The notes under the pieces: generated by a model | What the model saw: only the letters and a program-made list of their open reading frames with translations | The model's database searches: none | Told to the model about the DNA's origin: nothing | Assembly (NCBI RefSeq): GCF_006345805.1 | Contig: NC_043007.1 | Coordinates: forward strand, 12,152,001 to 12,216,000 | DNA length: 64,000 bases | Origin: Octopus sinensis | Taxonomy: Eukaryota | Direction of reading: 5' to 3' | Made by a program: the position numbers and the translations under genes | In this document: in pieces, positions 62,491 through 64,000 of the stretch | Numbering within the stretch: the first letter of the stretch is position 1 | Layout: every line of letters begins with the position of its first letter

Positions 62491-62809
62491 ATCTTTGTAA
62501 TATAGAATAGGCTTCGTTGAGTTCACATATAATGTAAAGTGTAATGCATATGTAATGTTGCTGAATGATTACAAAATAGGCAATGACTATGCAAGGAGGG
62601 AACTAGCTTAAGGCCAAATAACTTATCGTTTGATGAAAAACTGTTTTTGATTTCTTTATAGAAGGCTATTAACAGCTTTAATGAAATATTCCTAAAATTT
62701 TGGTATTTCTTCTAGACATTAATTTCTTGAAAACCCTTTTACAATATGTGAGTGTTAAAGAGATTACAAGAGAGTGAAGGAAAGTAGACGTGTGAATGCA
62801 TGTACGCAT

Positions 62810-62974
62810 GTATGTATGTATGTATATATGTATTTATTTATTTATTTGTGCGTGTATGTATGTGTGTGTTGTATGTATGTGTATATGTATGTGTGTGTAT
62901 GTGTATGTGTGTGTATGTGTGTGTGTGTTTGTGTTGATATATCTATCATATATATATATATATATGATATATCT

Positions 62975-63045
<71 letters not shown>

Positions 63046-63379
63046 CACATCAGTGTATATATAATTTGTGAAATTAGTCTTTCTGTTGTGTGAAAGTGGA
63101 TTTATATATCTAGCAGATATCTCAGTATAATAATGGTATATATTTTCGCAGTCAGATATTCATATAGTATGTACATATACATGCATATACTATACATATG
63201 TATATACTTATGCATATACATATATACACATATATATGTGTGTGTATATATATATATTATATATATATATATATATACACACACATATATACATATATAA
63301 ATGTATGTATATGAATATATATATATATATGCATATACATATATATATCTGCATGTATGTGTGTGTGTATGTATATATA

Positions 63380-63411
<32 letters not shown>

Positions 63412-63456
63412 CATCTATATATATATATATATATACACACATATATATAATATATA

Positions 63457-63491
<35 letters not shown>

Positions 63492-63600
63492 ATATATATA
63501 TACACACATATATATATATATTTATATATATACATATATATATATATACACACACACACACATATATATAATATGCATATATATGTACATCTGTATATAT
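62810..63600. repeat. Large (TA)n/(TG)n compound microsatellite
   Basis: Direct inspection. Confidence 0.9.
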
Positions 63601-64000
63601 ATTTGTTCTGCTGTATCAATGTGGTGTTATAGGCTAAGCAAGGCATACAAACAGAATATTGACCCAAAAACAGTAGCCTTGATTACATGCTGATTTAACT
63701 GAATAACAAATCAAATTGTTCTGTGCTTAACAAAGCACAAATTTTGGAAATTAACAATTTAACGAAATATTAATTATTACCACAAATGTAAATGGCTCAA
63801 AATTTCGAGGATCGTTCACATCCACCTTATTAGCTGAATTTTTTTTCCTGCTTTTTTTTTCTTTTTTAGAAAAAAAAAAAAAATTCATAATTCAGTTCTA
63901 TTTTTAGCACTAAAATTAAAACACTCTTTGTTGATACCGAATGCGAGCTTATATGATTTGAGTTCTAAGTATGAACTGTGTCAGTTCTGAGAATGGCAAT

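Noticed and set aside
625-63667. Dozens of ORFs rich in YI, HT, CV or SL dipeptides
   Set aside because: They are translations of (TA)n, (CA)n, (TG)n and (CT)n microsatellites, which lack stops in some frames.
63770-63835. Minus-strand exon-like unit NKVDVNDPRNFEPFTFV
   Set aside because: The acceptor lacks a pyrimidine tract and there is no similarity to BRSK.

Overview
AT-rich, microsatellite- and SINE-saturated animal genomic DNA. It is most likely from an octopus or other coleoid cephalopod (inferred from the repeat families, recognised from memory). Nearly all ORFs in the supplied track are microsatellite or repeat artefacts. The real coding content is two genes. (1) Eight exons of a BRSK1/2 (SAD-1/sugar-free frosting) Ser/Thr kinase lie on the minus strand at 24-34903. 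All have canonical AG/GT sites and splice into one continuous 760-nt frame running from the kinase-UBA linker through the UBA, Ser/Pro-rich linker and AIS to the start of KA1. The kinase-domain exons lie beyond 64000 and the C-terminus lies left of base 1. (2) One intact plus-strand 86-nt exon (22683-22768) encodes part of the BAR domain of an ASAP-type Arf-GAP and sits inside a BRSK intron. This suggests two conserved genes interleaved in antisense. The introns hold at least five SINE-like families, TTAA-flanked MITEs, a deleted Tc1/mariner element and RTE and RLE-type LINE remnants. They also hold several foldback elements embedded in (TA)n, three hammerhead-ribozyme-like motifs (one with an intact core) and an inverted 32-bp minisatellite. 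I flag several candidate alternative or poison exons. All protein similarities are recalled from memory; no database search was run.
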